Of a stretch of DNA of 64,000 bases, positions 31,465 through 42,814 are shown piece after piece (position 1 is the first letter of the stretch; each line of letters opens with the position of its first letter). This DNA is from Coraliomargarita sp. GTDB lineage: Bacteria > Verrucomicrobiota > Verrucomicrobiia > Opitutales > Coraliomargaritaceae. The notes below the pieces were generated by a model that was given only the letters and a program-made list of their open reading frames with translations, was not told where the DNA came from and searched no databases. Where the stretch lies: contig OZ244160.1 of assembly GCA_965216325.1 (NCBI GenBank), forward strand, positions 1,152,001 to 1,216,000, given 5' to 3'. The position numbers were made by a program, and so were the translations under genes.

Positions 31465-31905
31465 ATGTCCTTTACTGAAGCACTGCCCACTGTAAACGCC
31501 GCCCTCAATGGCGTCGCGACCTTGATGCTGACCGCTGGTTTCGCATGCATTAAGACGGGCCGTGAGCGTGCCCATCGCAGCTGTATGCTGGGTGCCTTTG
31601 GGGTCTCGATCATCTTTCTGATTTTTTATGTCTTGCACAAGATACTCGTCCAAGGCGTGCATACTGAATTCCTCGGCGAGGGTATCTGGCGCCAAGTGTA
31701 TTATCCAATGCTGGCCAGTCATATCGTGCTAGCCATGGCCATTGTGCCACTGGTCCTGCGCACACTCTTCCTGGCAATCAAGGGTGATCGCGACCGCCAT
31801 AAGGCTTGGGCGCGTTGGACCTTCCCAATCTGGTATTACGTATCCGTCACCGGCGTGCTCGTCTACTGTTTTTTATATCAATGGTTTCAACCTGACTCGC
31901 TGTAA
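31465..31905 (+). CDS. DUF420 / CtaM-like oxidase assembly membrane protein
   Basis: LPTVNAALN, H...M, LASHIVLA, HKAWARWTFPIWYYVSVTGVLVY. Confidence 0.88.
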   Translation: MSFTEALPTVNAALNGVATLMLTAGFACIKTGRERAHRSCMLGAFGVSIIFLIFYVLHKILVQGVHTEFLGEGIWRQVYYPMLASHIVLAMAIVPLVLRTLFLAIKGDRDRHKAWARWTFPIWYYVSVTGVLVYCFLYQWFQPDSL

Positions 31906-32003
31906 TAAGATTATCTTGTCAGCTGAAAATTATACTTTCTTATTCTTTATACTACTAACACTAATAGCGCTACCAACGCTGACTTACCCTGACTAACCAA
32001 ACT

Positions 32004-33305
32004 GTGAAGAAGCTAGCAACCGGACTAAGCCGTTACCTGACGATGGCTTGCTCGATGCTCGCGATGCTCTGTATCGCTGGCTGTGACTTAAATACCCGAA
32101 TGTCCACGTTCCGGACAAACGGCCCTATTGCTGAAGAACAATACAAGCTGTTCATGCTGACTGTCTGGGTCACGCTTGGCATCTTTATCGTGGTAGGCGG
32201 CGTGTATCTGTTCGCGGTAATCAAGTTCCGCGAACGTCCGAACGATGACCGCCCGCTGCCCTCACAGGGCCACGGTAACCCCTTGGTTGAAATTGGTCTG
32301 ATCGGTATTTCGATCCTATTGCTGGTCATTATCGCAGTGCCGACGCTTAGAGCAATTTGGTATACGCACGATACCCCTGAAGATCCTCAAAGCTACCTCG
32401 GCGCATGGTATGGCGGCGACGAACTGAACGAGGAAAACGCCGAGGAAGTGCTGACGATTCGCGTCATCGGTTATCAGTGGTGGTGGGAATTCGAATACCC
32501 ACAACTGGGCATCACCACTGCAAATGAAATGATCATCCCTGCCGTTAAGGCGATTCACTTGGAGCTTCGCTCCGTCGACGTAATCCACTCATTCTGGTTA
32601 CCACGTATTGCGGGTAAGGTGGACTTGATACCGGGGCGTGCCAATGCGATGTGGATCCAAGCAGGTGACAGCCTCGAAGCATGGCAGGCCAAGAACCCGG
32701 ATGCCGACGAGCAAGCCTACCAAAGCTATCTGGAAGAGGACATATACAATTACTACTATGGTCAATGTGCTGAGTATTGCGGCGATTCGCACGCACGTAT
32801 GCTCTTCCGTGCGACAGTCGTCAGCGATGAGGACTTCGAAAACTGGGTCGTCGACCACAAGGCCGGTCACGAAACTCCAGATGGCAAGAGCTGGGATGAC
32901 TGGTATAAAGCCAACGGCGAGAATCCAGATCAGTTAACTGGCGACGCCAACGAAGGCCTTAAGCTCTTCATGGGCCGTGCTAAGTGCTCAACCTGCCACA
33001 CGGTTACTGGCAATCCACGTGCGCTCGGTGTCGCAGGCCCGGATCTCACGAACCTGTCCGAGCGTTATTCCATTGCTGCTGGCTGGTTGAACCACCGCAA
33101 CGAGGACGGCACCATCAACGAACAGCAGCAATACGACAACTACGTGAAGTGGCTCAAGGAGACCGACGTCGTGAAGCCTGGTAATCTGATGTGGAAAGCC
33201 AACGGCGGCGGCATCGGCGAGCTGATCGATAATGATGGCAACCCTGCCCTTTTGACTGACGAGGAGATCCATCAACTCGCTACCTATTTGCAAACTCTTA
33301 AGTAA
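32004..33305 (+). CDS. ctaC: Cytochrome c oxidase subunit II with fused cytochrome c (caa3-type)
   Basis: Lipobox IAGC; QWWWEF, DVIHSFW, CuA motif CAEYCGDSHARM; heme c motif CSTCH. Confidence 0.95.
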   Translation: MKKLATGLSRYLTMACSMLAMLCIAGCDLNTRMSTFRTNGPIAEEQYKLFMLTVWVTLGIFIVVGGVYLFAVIKFRERPNDDRPLPSQGHGNPLVEIGLIGISILLLVIIAVPTLRAIWYTHDTPEDPQSYLGAWYGGDELNEENAEEVLTIRVIGYQWWWEFEYPQLGITTANEMIIPAVKAIHLELRSVDVIHSFWLPRIAGKVDLIPGRANAMWIQAGDSLEAWQAKNPDADEQAYQSYLEEDIYNYYYGQCAEYCGDSHARMLFRATVVSDEDFENWVVDHKAGHETPDGKSWDDWYKANGENPDQLTGDANEGLKLFMGRAKCSTCHTVTGNPRALGVAGPDLTNLSERYSIAAGWLNHRNEDGTINEQQQYDNYVKWLKETDVVKPGNLMWKANGGGIGELIDNDGNPALLTDEEIHQLATYLQTLK

Positions 33306-33314
33306 GCCCGACAC

Positions 33315-35291
33315 ATGAGCACGGTTACCGAACAACCTACCAAAGAATCAACCCACCACGAGTTGAAGCCTGAGCGCAGCAACCTCGGCTTACTTCGCCC
33401 CGACCACAGCGAAAAGACTTGGATCAGCTGGCTGACGACTGTCGACCACAAGAAGATCGGCCTGATGTATGGCGCGATCGCTCTGCTGTTCCTACTGATC
33501 GGGGGTGTTGAAGCGCTGATTATCCGCACCCAGCTCGCGATTCCCGAGAATGACCTGATTTCAGCTGAACGCTATAATCAGCTCTTCACCATGCACGGCA
33601 CCACGATGATCTTCCTCGCGGTCATGCCATTGAATGCGGCCTTTTTCAATTTCCTCGTGCCACTGCAAATCGGCGCGCGCGACGTGGCCTTCCCCCGCAT
33701 TAACAGCTTCAGTCTCTGGGCGTTTGTAGCGGGTGCCTTGGTGATCAACTTTGGCTGGGTGCTCGAAGCACTGGAAATGATGGGCTTGTTCAAGGCATCG
33801 GGTCCAACCGCCGGTATGGACGATTTCGTGCCGTCGATGGGCTGGTTCGGTTATGCGCCAATTACCGGCAAAGAGTTTACCGGTGCGGGCACCGACTTCT
33901 GGATCATGGGCCTGCAGATTCTGGGTGTGGCCTCATTGACCGCAGCGATGAATTTCGTAGTCACCATCGTCAATATGCGCGCTCCGGGGATGAAGATGAT
34001 GCGCATGCCGGTGTTCACTTGGATGACTCTGGTCGTTTCCCTCCTCATCATTTTCGCGTTCCCTGCAATCACGATTGCCTTGGCGCAGCTGATGTTCGAC
34101 CGCCTGTTCGGCACCAGCTTCTTCTCAGTTGCTGGAGGTGGTCAGCCAATCCTTTGGCAGCACTTGTTCTGGATCTTCGGACACCCGGAAGTATACATCC
34201 TCGTGCTTCCGGCGATGGGTATCGTCTCGGAAGTGCTCCCGACCTTTTCTAAGAAGCCACTGTTCGGCTATGCGATCGTCGTGTTCTCGGGTGCGGTTAT
34301 TGGTTTCCTTGGTTTCGCGGTTTGGTCGCACCATATGTTCACCACAGGTCTCGGCAAGGTAGCCACCGCTGCCTTCTCGCTGTTAACTATGGCAATTGCG
34401 GTGCCGACCGGTGTTAAGATTTTCAACTGGGTCGGCACGCTGTGGGGCGGCCGCGTGCGCTTTGACGCTCCCATGATCTTCTCCCTCGGCTTTGTGTGGA
34501 TGTTTATGATGGGCGGCTTCTCTGGCATCATGCACTCCTCAGCACCAGCGGACGCACAGCAGCAGGATAGTTACTTCGTCATCGCACACTTTCACTATGT
34601 CGCGATTGGCGGCATCTTCCTGGCAATTGTATCGGGCATCTACTTCTGGTTGCCCAAAATGATTGGTAAGATGTGGAAGGGGAAGCTCAGCATCTGGGTC
34701 GCAGTCTTCTCGACCATCGGCCTGAACGTAACCTTCTTCCCGATGCACTTCCTCGGTCTGCTCGGTATGCCGCGCCGCACACACACTTACCTCGAAGGCT
34801 TTGGCTGGGAGACGTACAACATGGTCTGCACCATTGGTGCCTACATCTTAGCATTTGGCATCTTGTTGCTCGTGGTCGACATCGTTCGTCTCTTCAAGAG
34901 TGGTGAGCCTGCGGGTAATGATCCATGGGATGCACGAACGCTCGAATGGGCAACCACCTCCCCACCTCAAGTTTATAACTTTGGTCGCACACCAATCATC
35001 CACGCGCGCGATGCGCTCTGGGAGCACAAACACGGACCGGAGAACCGCCGTATTGATTACGAGGAGGACGACGGCCACGGCGTGCACATGCCAAGTAATT
35101 CATGGATGCCCGTCATCGCCTCTCTGGGTTTTGTGCCACTCGGGTTAGGCCTCTCACTCATGCAGGCCGGCATTCCTTATCTGGGATACGTCGCGATTGC
35201 AGGACTGATCACCATCGCAGTTGGCATTGCCCTCTGGGCACTCGAAGGCCCCGGTGGATTCCATCTCCATCCGGAAGAAGACGAAGCCTAA
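33315..35291 (+). CDS. ctaD: Cytochrome c oxidase subunit I (A1 type) with C-terminal extension
   Basis: TMHG, RDVAFPRIN, GHPEVY, WSHH, PTGVK, AHFHY, GMPRR. Confidence 0.97.
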   Translation: MSTVTEQPTKESTHHELKPERSNLGLLRPDHSEKTWISWLTTVDHKKIGLMYGAIALLFLLIGGVEALIIRTQLAIPENDLISAERYNQLFTMHGTTMIFLAVMPLNAAFFNFLVPLQIGARDVAFPRINSFSLWAFVAGALVINFGWVLEALEMMGLFKASGPTAGMDDFVPSMGWFGYAPITGKEFTGAGTDFWIMGLQILGVASLTAAMNFVVTIVNMRAPGMKMMRMPVFTWMTLVVSLLIIFAFPAITIALAQLMFDRLFGTSFFSVAGGGQPILWQHLFWIFGHPEVYILVLPAMGIVSEVLPTFSKKPLFGYAIVVFSGAVIGFLGFAVWSHHMFTTGLGKVATAAFSLLTMAIAVPTGVKIFNWVGTLWGGRVRFDAPMIFSLGFVWMFMMGGFSGIMHSSAPADAQQQDSYFVIAHFHYVAIGGIFLAIVSGIYFWLPKMIGKMWKGKLSIWVAVFSTIGLNVTFFPMHFLGLLGMPRRTHTYLEGFGWETYNMVCTIGAYILAFGILLLVVDIVRLFKSGEPAGNDPWDARTLEWATTSPPQVYNFGRTPIIHARDALWEHKHGPENRRIDYEEDDGHGVHMPSNSWMPVIASLGFVPLGLGLSLMQAGIPYLGYVAIAGLITIAVGIALWALEGPGGFHLHPEEDEA

Positions 35292-35327
35292 TTGCACTCA
35301 AACTTTCACCTCCACTTTCACTCTAGA

Positions 35328-35954
35328 ATGTCTGACGCAGCAACTGCCCACCACGACAACGGCCATCACAGCTTGATGGTGAACAACAAGAAACTACTCA
35401 TGTGGTTGTTTCTCGGTTCCGACTGCATGTTCTTCGGCACCCTGATTTCGACCCACCTGATTTACCGTAAACTCTACCCCTCGGAGTATGATCCAACGAC
35501 GATCTTCGCCTTGGAGCTGACGTCGTTCTCAACCTTCATCCTGCTGATGAGCTCCTTCTTGATGGCGCTTGCTGTATCAGCCATGCACAAGGGCGAACTA
35601 AAGAGCTTCAGACGTAATGTAATCGGAGTTATTTTCTTCGGCCTGATTTTCCTAGGCTGCCAAGTCTTTGAATTTGCCGAATTCGTCCACAAGGGACTCA
35701 CGCTGGAGTCCGGGACCTTTGGATCAACCTTCTTTGTTCTGACGGGAACGCACGGGGTGCACGTTGCCATTGGTATCTTCTGGTTGGTCTGTATGCTGTT
35801 CTATTCCCACAGCGGCAAGATGGACCCTCACGAAAGTGCGGTGGATGTTGAAGTCGCAGGCCTTTACTGGCACTTTGTGGATATTGTCTGGATTATCATT
35901 TTCACCGCAATCTACTTGATTGAATTCATCGGAAAAGCAGGAGGAGCCCACTAA
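35328..35954 (+). CDS. ctaE: Cytochrome c oxidase subunit III
   Basis: [32 protein letters not shown]. Confidence 0.93.
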   Translation: MSDAATAHHDNGHHSLMVNNKKLLMWLFLGSDCMFFGTLISTHLIYRKLYPSEYDPTTIFALELTSFSTFILLMSSFLMALAVSAMHKGELKSFRRNVIGVIFFGLIFLGCQVFEFAEFVHKGLTLESGTFGSTFFVLTGTHGVHVAIGIFWLVCMLFYSHSGKMDPHESAVDVEVAGLYWHFVDIVWIIIFTAIYLIEFIGKAGGAH

Positions 35955-35955
35955 T

Positions 35956-36312
35956 ATGACTGACGCAGCACTCGACGTCCCCATGCCAGACTCCCACAAA
36001 GAGGAGGAAACCAAGCGTTATCACGCATTCGTCAATCTAGCACTGATTCTTGCTGCCGTAACCGGAGTAGAGCTGGTGCTGGTTTACCTGCCCACATTCT
36101 TCTCAATCCCGTTTGTCTCGACGGTATTGATCACCCTTTCGCTGTTCAAGTTTGTCGCAGTTATCGCATGGTTCATGCACCTGATCTACGATAAGTTGCT
36201 ACTGACACTGGCCTTTGGGACGGGACTCTCCATTGCAACCGGCACTGTCATCGCACTGATGTTCATCTTCTCGCCAGGGGACGTCGCCCCCCCCGAAATC
36301 CCTGGAATGTAA
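35956..36312 (+). CDS. ctaF: Cytochrome c oxidase subunit IV family protein
   Basis: Three TM helices, KF...WFMHL.YD; operon position. Confidence 0.8.
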   Translation: MTDAALDVPMPDSHKEEETKRYHAFVNLALILAAVTGVELVLVYLPTFFSIPFVSTVLITLSLFKFVAVIAWFMHLIYDKLLLTLAFGTGLSIATGTVIALMFIFSPGDVAPPEIPGM

Positions 36313-36324
36313 GCAATGAAAAGT

Positions 36325-36353
36325 AAAAGCGGCATATCTTGCCGCTTTTTTTT
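36325..36353 (+). terminator. Rho-independent terminator of the oxidase operon
   Basis: aaaagcggca-tatct-tgccgc followed by T8. Confidence 0.88.
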
Positions 36354-36431
36354 CTCTAAAACAGTGAATCGGTCGTTTCGACTTTGTCAGACTTGCCTTA
36401 GGCTCACCAGCAGGCTTTGATCCCTGCGCTC

Positions 36432-37232
36432 ATGCAATTTCACTGGCATACCGAACCCCTGCTCCTGATTACGATCCTGTCTGTCGGCTGGTTGTATGCG
36501 CTTGGGGTGGGCCCAATACGTAGTCGAATTGCTCCGGAGGCAGTCTTTCCGACTGCCAGAGTTTGCTGCTTCTATTTGGGACTGATCATCGTCTATTTGG
36601 CGGTGGGCTCTCCACTGGATCAGATTGGTGAGCAATTTCTCTTCAGTGCCCACATGGCGCAGCATATGCTACTCATTTACTTAGCACCCTTGTTCTTTTT
36701 CATCGGTACCCCAAGCTGGCTAATTGACTGGCTGCTTAAGCCCGAAGCCACACGCAAGACTTTCAGTGTGCTGACACACCCCGCCTGCGGAGGACTGCTC
36801 TTCACCTTCGTCTATACTGTCTGGCACGTTCCAGCCCTATACGAGGCTGCTTTGCACGACAAACGGATCCACGTGTTGGAGCATTGGACGATGTTTTCGC
36901 TCGGCACTCTGATGCTCTGGCCCTTTCTCACGACATCCACTCGTGTGCCGCGTCGCAGTTATCGCCTACGTATGGTCGCCATCTTTCTGCTGATGGTTGG
37001 TCAATTACCTGTATTTGCCTTCCTCTCCTTCGCAGGTGATGCCATCTACCCGACTTATGTCTGGGCACCACGTATCATCGATTTAGATCCGCTAAACGAT
37101 CAGATCCTTGGGGGGATTATTATGAAAGTGGTTAATATGGGCTTCTCGCTGACCATTCTGGGAGCCTGCTTCTACTTCTGGGCAAAAAGTGAAGAAAATG
37201 ACGATCCCGAGATTGCACACGCCCTGTCATGA
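36432..37232 (+). CDS. ctaG: Caa3_CtaG cytochrome c oxidase assembly factor
   Basis: [37 protein letters not shown]. Confidence 0.88.
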   Translation: MQFHWHTEPLLLITILSVGWLYALGVGPIRSRIAPEAVFPTARVCCFYLGLIIVYLAVGSPLDQIGEQFLFSAHMAQHMLLIYLAPLFFFIGTPSWLIDWLLKPEATRKTFSVLTHPACGGLLFTFVYTVWHVPALYEAALHDKRIHVLEHWTMFSLGTLMLWPFLTTSTRVPRRSYRLRMVAIFLLMVGQLPVFAFLSFAGDAIYPTYVWAPRIIDLDPLNDQILGGIIMKVVNMGFSLTILGACFYFWAKSEENDDPEIAHALS

Positions 37233-37266
37233 TTGTTAAACCTTATCGATCCTGTATTTATAATCG

Positions 37267-39084
37267 ATGACTTGGGAAATTTGTTTTGTCTATGGACTGC
37301 TGATCTTTGCGATCGGTAGCTTCATTTGGGAAAAGATCTCTGCGGATCTGACTTCGTTAACCGTCTTTGGTGTGCTCATTTTCGTCAGCATGCTGATTGA
37401 TGGCACCGACCTGCCGACCTTAGACCAAACCCTCAACGTCTTCAGTAATTCGGCCCCGATCACGATTGCAGGGATGTTCATTGTCAGCTCCGCTCTGGAG
37501 CGGACGGGTGCAATTGATCTCATTACCAGCTACTTGCGTAGCCTCACAACGCTTCCCTATAAAGGCTTCTTGTTTGTCATGGTGATCGGAGTCGCGGGGG
37601 TTTCCGCTTTCGTGAACAATACACCGGTTGTAATTGTTCTGATGCCGGTCATGCTGTCGCTTGCACGCGACATCGGAGTGCCCGCGTCGAAACTACTGAT
37701 TCCCCTCTCCTATGCTTCGATTTTCGGTGGCACCTGCACCTTGCTTGGCACGAGCACCAATCTTCTGGCCAGCGGTTTGTTGGTCGACGCCGGCCACGAA
37801 CCAATCGGCATGTTCGAACTCGCCTCGGTTGGTGTGCCCATTCTGTTTTTCGGCAGCATCTATTTAGTGCTGTTTGGTAACAAGCTCATCCCGCGACGTG
37901 AGACACTGACTTCGATTCTCAGCGATGAAGAGCGCAAGGAGTTCATGACGGAGGCCTTTGTCCGAACCGACTCCGAACTCGTTGGCCAAACCGCCAGAGA
38001 GAGCAATATGCTTAAAGGCCGCGGCATTCGTCTCTTGGAAATCGTGCGCCATGGTGTGGCTGTAAAAGGTAACCCGTCGAAGATCGCGCTTGAGGCTGGC
38101 GACCGTCTTGTCCTGGCCTGCCGACCATCGGGAGTCGCTGAAGCGAACTCAATGAAGGGCCTCGATATCGGTGGTGACCTATCTGACGGCCTCGAGACGA
38201 TTGTTACCGATGAAGGTGCACTCGTCGAAGGTGTCGTCGCACCGCATGCCACGATTGCAGGTATGACTTTGGGCGAGATTAACTTCCGTCAGCGCTTCCG
38301 TATGGTTGTCGTCGCGGTGCACCGTAAAGGTCAAAACCAACGTGAACGCCTCGACACTCTGCGCCTTCAAGAAGGTGACACCCTGTTGATGATGGGTTCG
38401 ACCAAGGCGATCGATTCGCTGGCAAACAGTGATGAAATCATCATCCTCGATCGTCCGCGCGTGCCCGCTCGCAGCGTGCGCGCAAAGATGCCCATTGCGA
38501 TCGGCACTGCCGTCGGCATCGTTACCATGGCGACCATCAATTTGGTGCCGATTGTCGCAGCAGTTTCACTTGGCGTTGCGGTCTTACTGGTCACTGGCTG
38601 CTTGAAAGCCAAGGACGCCTACGCCTCGATTGAGTGGAGTATCTTAATGATTATTTTCGGCATGCTCGCACTTGGGCAAGCAATGGACTCCACCGGAGCC
38701 AGTTTGATGATCGCCGAAACCATGACTGGTTTAGTCAATTCCTTTGCCCCAGAGGAGTATCAGCTGATTTTGATGCTCACGCTGATCTACTTCATCACCT
38801 CAGTCTTCACCGAGTTTCTCTCCAATAATGCTGCCGTGGCCCTCATGGTACCGATTGCCCTTGGTATCGCAGCAACTCTAGGCGTCGATCCACGCCCGTT
38901 TGTAGTCGGCACCTGTATCGCAGCCTCAGCAAGTTTCGCAACACCGATTGGTTATCAGACCAACACCTATGTGTATGGTGTGGGTGGTTACCGCTTTGCC
39001 GACTTCACCAAGGTTGGCCTACCGCTGAACATCGTCTGCTTGATCGTAACGGTAGTCGTCGTGCCACGCATTTGGGCGTTCTAG
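37267..39084 (+). CDS. SLC13/CitMHS-family permease with two TrkA-C domains
   Basis: [38 protein letters not shown]; central TrkA-C repeats. Confidence 0.9.
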   Translation: MTWEICFVYGLLIFAIGSFIWEKISADLTSLTVFGVLIFVSMLIDGTDLPTLDQTLNVFSNSAPITIAGMFIVSSALERTGAIDLITSYLRSLTTLPYKGFLFVMVIGVAGVSAFVNNTPVVIVLMPVMLSLARDIGVPASKLLIPLSYASIFGGTCTLLGTSTNLLASGLLVDAGHEPIGMFELASVGVPILFFGSIYLVLFGNKLIPRRETLTSILSDEERKEFMTEAFVRTDSELVGQTARESNMLKGRGIRLLEIVRHGVAVKGNPSKIALEAGDRLVLACRPSGVAEANSMKGLDIGGDLSDGLETIVTDEGALVEGVVAPHATIAGMTLGEINFRQRFRMVVVAVHRKGQNQRERLDTLRLQEGDTLLMMGSTKAIDSLANSDEIIILDRPRVPARSVRAKMPIAIGTAVGIVTMATINLVPIVAAVSLGVAVLLVTGCLKAKDAYASIEWSILMIIFGMLALGQAMDSTGASLMIAETMTGLVNSFAPEEYQLILMLTLIYFITSVFTEFLSNNAAVALMVPIALGIAATLGVDPRPFVVGTCIAASASFATPIGYQTNTYVYGVGGYRFADFTKVGLPLNIVCLIVTVVVVPRIWAF

Positions 39085-39247
39085 TACGCAATAACTAGAG
39101 CGATTAAATTGGGGTGGCCTTTCCTTAGTAATAACAGTCACAGATTCCGAATGTGATATAGTTCTATCGAATTTAAGCCATCCTACTGGCGACTAGAAGG
39201 GAGACCTCTTCGCGACGACTTCCACAGTATCGCCGCCAAAATCAGCA

Positions 39248-39285
39248 TAAAAAAAATCCCGCAGGGCTAATCTCCAAGCAGGATT
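39248..39285 (-). terminator. Terminator after tRNA-Thr
   Basis: Minus strand aatcctgc...gcgggat followed by a T-run. Confidence 0.55.
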
Positions 39286-39298
39286 AAATGCCATTCAA

Positions 39299-39374
39299 TG
39301 GAGCCGAAAATCGGATTCGAACCGACGACCTACTCATTACGAATGAGTTGCTCTGCCAACTGAGCTATTTCGGC
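39299..39374 (-). tRNA. tRNA-Thr(CGT)
   Basis: GCCGAAA acceptor stem, TAGCTCAGTTGG D arm, anticodon arm ACTCA-TTCGTAA-TGAGT, GGTTCGAATCC T arm, encoded CCA; 76 nt. Confidence 0.98.
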
Positions 39375-39387
39375 GTACCAGAAAAGC

Positions 39388-39762
39388 TTACTTTTCCCAG
39401 TCAAGAGCGCCCTTCTTGTATTCGTATGCGAGGCCGAACACGAGGACGAAGAGGAAGAAGAAAATGGGAAGCAGAATTGGGAGGTTTGCTGCAAGGAATT
39501 CACGGAACACCATGACCCATGGGATTAGGAAAACAACTTCGATATCGAACAGGATGAAAAGCATCGCTGTCACGTAGAACTTAACCGCGAAACGAGCGTG
39601 GCCAGCGCCTTCAGCCAGCATGCCGCACTCATAAGGTGAATTCTTGATCGCGGTATCGGTGCCACGCTTTCCGAAAATATGCGAAGCCACCAAAACAACT
39701 GCGCCAATGCCACCAGCAATGCACACTTGAACGAGAATCGGATAATAGTCCGCGATTTCCAT
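39388..39762 (-). CDS. nuoA: NADH-quinone oxidoreductase subunit A
   Basis: K.SPYECG, KFYVTAMLFILFDIEVVFL.PW, YEYKKGALDW. Confidence 0.95.
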   Translation of the reverse strand: MEIADYYPILVQVCIAGGIGAVVLVASHIFGKRGTDTAIKNSPYECGMLAEGAGHARFAVKFYVTAMLFILFDIEVVFLIPWVMVFREFLAANLPILLPIFFFLFVLVFGLAYEYKKGALDWEK

Positions 39763-39820
39763 ACAGCGAAAAAGCCCCTTTTAACCTCCTAAATCAAGGC
39801 GATTTTGCAGATTTGTTCGA

Positions 39821-40885
39821 TTATTCAGCGACCAACTCGGGCTCAGCTACCTCGAATTCTATCACTTCGATCCGAATCTGCGTAGGGTCATAGACTCCAA
39901 GTCCTAGGCTCGCCGCAAAGGTAAGCTGACGCGGAAGCGGCGAAATCATCGGAAAGCCCTCCAACACACGCTTCTTGTTCATACGGTCATAGAGCAGACG
40001 ATCCAGTGCCACCGGATCCGAACTCAGCCACAGACGCGGCTCGGAACGTGTGTAGATCGAATTAAACCGAGGACCACCGATGAATTGATATTTATCCATC
40101 GGCAGCATGTGTAAAAGCATGCGCTCCTGAAGCTCGGGAATCGCGGCAATCTCGGCCACCGCTGCCGATGCTGTGGCATCATTTGCCAAAAAGCGCTGAC
40201 TATTACTCACATTCCAAAGCGTGGCATTGGCCAAAGCCCCATCAACCCCAAGCGCTTTATCATCAGCACCAGTTGGCATATTAATCCAAAAATCGACCTC
40301 GTTCAATAAGGGATACGGCAAGAAACTTTTACGCTCACGTGCCCCCTCAGCAAGTTGGCTGCTTCCGCGAACCGACGAAAACAGTTGTGGCTCCTGCTGC
40401 AGCGCAGGCGGCAAGGGGCTGTCGTAATACCAGTCCTCATCATAGTAGACCTCCTTATCGAGGGCTAATACCGGGCAACCTTCGAACTCGGGCGCTTCCC
40501 GTGAGTCAAAGGGCATAATGCCAGCTTGCCGCATCGAATAAGTCGAGTAATCCACGATTAGAATATCGCTGCGCGCATAACCCCGGCTCTCCAGCGCTTC
40601 AATCGTCGCACGAACTAACTGCAGCGGCGTAGATAAGCCACGCCCACTACGTGTATTTACCTTAAGTCCGACCTTCGCGCGCGAGCGGGGCTTCAGTTCA
40701 GTGAACATCGCGGACTCGTAAGCCTCCAGTAAGGCATCCACCTCACCATAATACAGAGATCCCTGCGCAATCGGAGCTTCCCAAACCAAGCCTGCGGGAG
40801 CCATGGGTGGCAGATCCACCGCAGGCATCTGCGCACTCAATGAAAGCCCAACCAGGCACATGAGCGCTGCGCAGACGTGTGTCAT
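39821..40885 (-). CDS. Exported protein, DUF362-like
   Basis: Signal peptide; KVGLKVN, DFWINMP, SSDPVALD, AASLGLG resemble the DUF362 fold; start uncertain. Confidence 0.55.
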   Translation of the reverse strand: MTHVCAALMCLVGLSLSAQMPAVDLPPMAPAGLVWEAPIAQGSLYYGEVDALLEAYESAMFTELKPRSRAKVGLKVNTRSGRGLSTPLQLVRATIEALESRGYARSDILIVDYSTYSMRQAGIMPFDSREAPEFEGCPVLALDKEVYYDEDWYYDSPLPPALQQEPQLFSSVRGSSQLAEGARERKSFLPYPLLNEVDFWINMPTGADDKALGVDGALANATLWNVSNSQRFLANDATASAAVAEIAAIPELQERMLLHMLPMDKYQFIGGPRFNSIYTRSEPRLWLSSDPVALDRLLYDRMNKKRVLEGFPMISPLPRQLTFAASLGLGVYDPTQIRIEVIEFEVAEPELVAE

Positions 40886-41018
40886 GCCCCCACGTTTACA
40901 ACGCTTATAAAAGGTCGCTTGCCTATCCACTTGACAGCCCCAGATGGCGCGTGAAAGTGATCTGCTAGGCCGACTTTTATTCTGATTAGCCTCCATGCAC
41001 CGCACCAAATTCATGCTC

Positions 41019-42767
41019 ATGCCGAAAGCAACCTCCAAAAGCGCATTACTCATTCTCATCTCTTTGCCTATTCTGTTGACCAGCTGCTCAGACCCAGGTG
41101 CCAAAAAAGATCAACAACTCAAAGAAGCCACCACACTCACCGACTCTGGGCAATACGATGCCGCGCTTGAATTACTGAACTTAATTGCAGCGAGCTCCCC
41201 AAACGATCCGGTGATTTTACTGAAGATGAGTGAGGTCTACGCGGCGCAAGGTGATGCAACTGCACAGGCATTTATTTTGCAACAGGTCCAAGCCCTGCGA
41301 CCGGATGATGTCGAACTGCTTTATCAAACTTACCTAGCACACAAAAAATCGAACCAAAACACCGCACCTTGGCTGGAGAAAATTGTCACAGTCTCCCCGG
41401 ATACTATGACTGCCGACATGTGGCTTGAATTGGGTGCACTACGCGCGCAAGCAGGTCAAACGCAAGCAGCACTCGACGCCTATCTCAAAGGTGTTAATGC
41501 AGACTCACCATCCCCAGAGAATGCAACTGCGATTGGTCAACTCTTTCTACAGCTCGAAAACTCGGCACAAGCCGAGCGCTGGTTCACAGTTGCAGCCGAC
41601 AGTGACGAGCCCAGTGCCCTCACCGCGCTGTTCGGCCTACTCCAGATTCATCTCAGTAACAAGAACTGGCCGGCAGCCGAGAATACGGTCGAGCAGCTCA
41701 ACACACAGTTCCCCGGTGCGATCGAAGCCAGCCAGTGGGCCGATGAGACAGCGGAGTTGAAGCGCTGGCGCCAGGCTCAAGACGCCCTGCAGGCCCAGCT
41801 CAAAAAGAAAGAGGAGGAAACAAAAGCTGCAGAGGCGAAAGCAAAGGCTGAAGCCGAAGCAGCGGCAGCTGCGGCAGCCAAGGCCGCGGAAGAAGCAAAA
41901 AAGACAGCTGAGACAGTTGAGCGAGTCACCGAAACTGCTGATGCCAAAGTCGAAGAGGACAAGCCCAGTGGCAAGACTCAGGTCATTGCAGACCTCGAAG
42001 CTGCCGAAGCCATGGCCACTGCACCTGCACTGGAAGTAGAGCCTGAAGCCGAAGAACCAAGCACTGGGTCGACCGGCACAAAGACAGTTTACGACCCAAG
42101 CATAGCGATCCAGCCAGCGGATCCCGATTTCAACGTGGAAGTCGATTTTGACCAAGAAGCAGACGGTGCGGTCGTCGACTACAACACCAATGTCTCTACA
42201 CCTGAGCTGCTTCCCGAAGAGCCAACAGTAGAGCTGATCGAAGCCCCTTCAGCAAGTGTTGAAACGACGTTCAGCACGCCGCCGTCAAATATTGCGATTG
42301 ATGATCGTGACATCGAGGCAATCCTCACAGAGGCCGGCACCGCAGAAATGGAGCGCGACTACGAACGTGCGATCCGTCTTTATTGGCAAGCGCTGGGCAA
42401 AGAGAATGACCGTGCGGATATCTGGAACCTACTTTCCCGCGCTTACTTAGTGCAGAACGAAACCAAGAACGCCGAGACAACTGCACTCGAAGCCATTCGC
42501 TTCGCACCACGTGAGGTCAACTACACGCTCGACTATCTACGCATCATCCAGCGCACAAAGAAGCCAAGCGACTTCCTCGCCGAATTGGAAACCGCTTACG
42601 ACCGTTTCCCACGCAGCCCGGAAATAGCGCTCTCCCTCGCTCGTGCCTACGAGCGTATCAGCCAGAACACTACAAGTGCTTACGCACTCTATGAGCGTTT
42701 CATCGAACTTGCTCCAGGTCATCCGTTACGCGAAGAGGCCGAAGCTGCAATGAGTCGCCTACGTTAA
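41019..42767 (+). CDS. TPR-repeat lipoprotein with Ala/Glu/Lys-rich linker
   Basis: Lipobox LLTSC; TPR-like helices at both ends. Confidence 0.75.
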   Translation: MPKATSKSALLILISLPILLTSCSDPGAKKDQQLKEATTLTDSGQYDAALELLNLIAASSPNDPVILLKMSEVYAAQGDATAQAFILQQVQALRPDDVELLYQTYLAHKKSNQNTAPWLEKIVTVSPDTMTADMWLELGALRAQAGQTQAALDAYLKGVNADSPSPENATAIGQLFLQLENSAQAERWFTVAADSDEPSALTALFGLLQIHLSNKNWPAAENTVEQLNTQFPGAIEASQWADETAELKRWRQAQDALQAQLKKKEEETKAAEAKAKAEAEAAAAAAAKAAEEAKKTAETVERVTETADAKVEEDKPSGKTQVIADLEAAEAMATAPALEVEPEAEEPSTGSTGTKTVYDPSIAIQPADPDFNVEVDFDQEADGAVVDYNTNVSTPELLPEEPTVELIEAPSASVETTFSTPPSNIAIDDRDIEAILTEAGTAEMERDYERAIRLYWQALGKENDRADIWNLLSRAYLVQNETKNAETTALEAIRFAPREVNYTLDYLRIIQRTKKPSDFLAELETAYDRFPRSPEIALSLARAYERISQNTTSAYALYERFIELAPGHPLREEAEAAMSRLR

Positions 42768-42814
42768 CCTGACAACGACTCACGACACCTTAACCGCAAT
42801 TCGGAACGACCAGC

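Noticed and set aside
39085..39298. Possible integrated element at the tRNA-Thr 3' end
   Set aside because: No integrase and no duplicated tRNA 3' end seen; flanking genes are housekeeping
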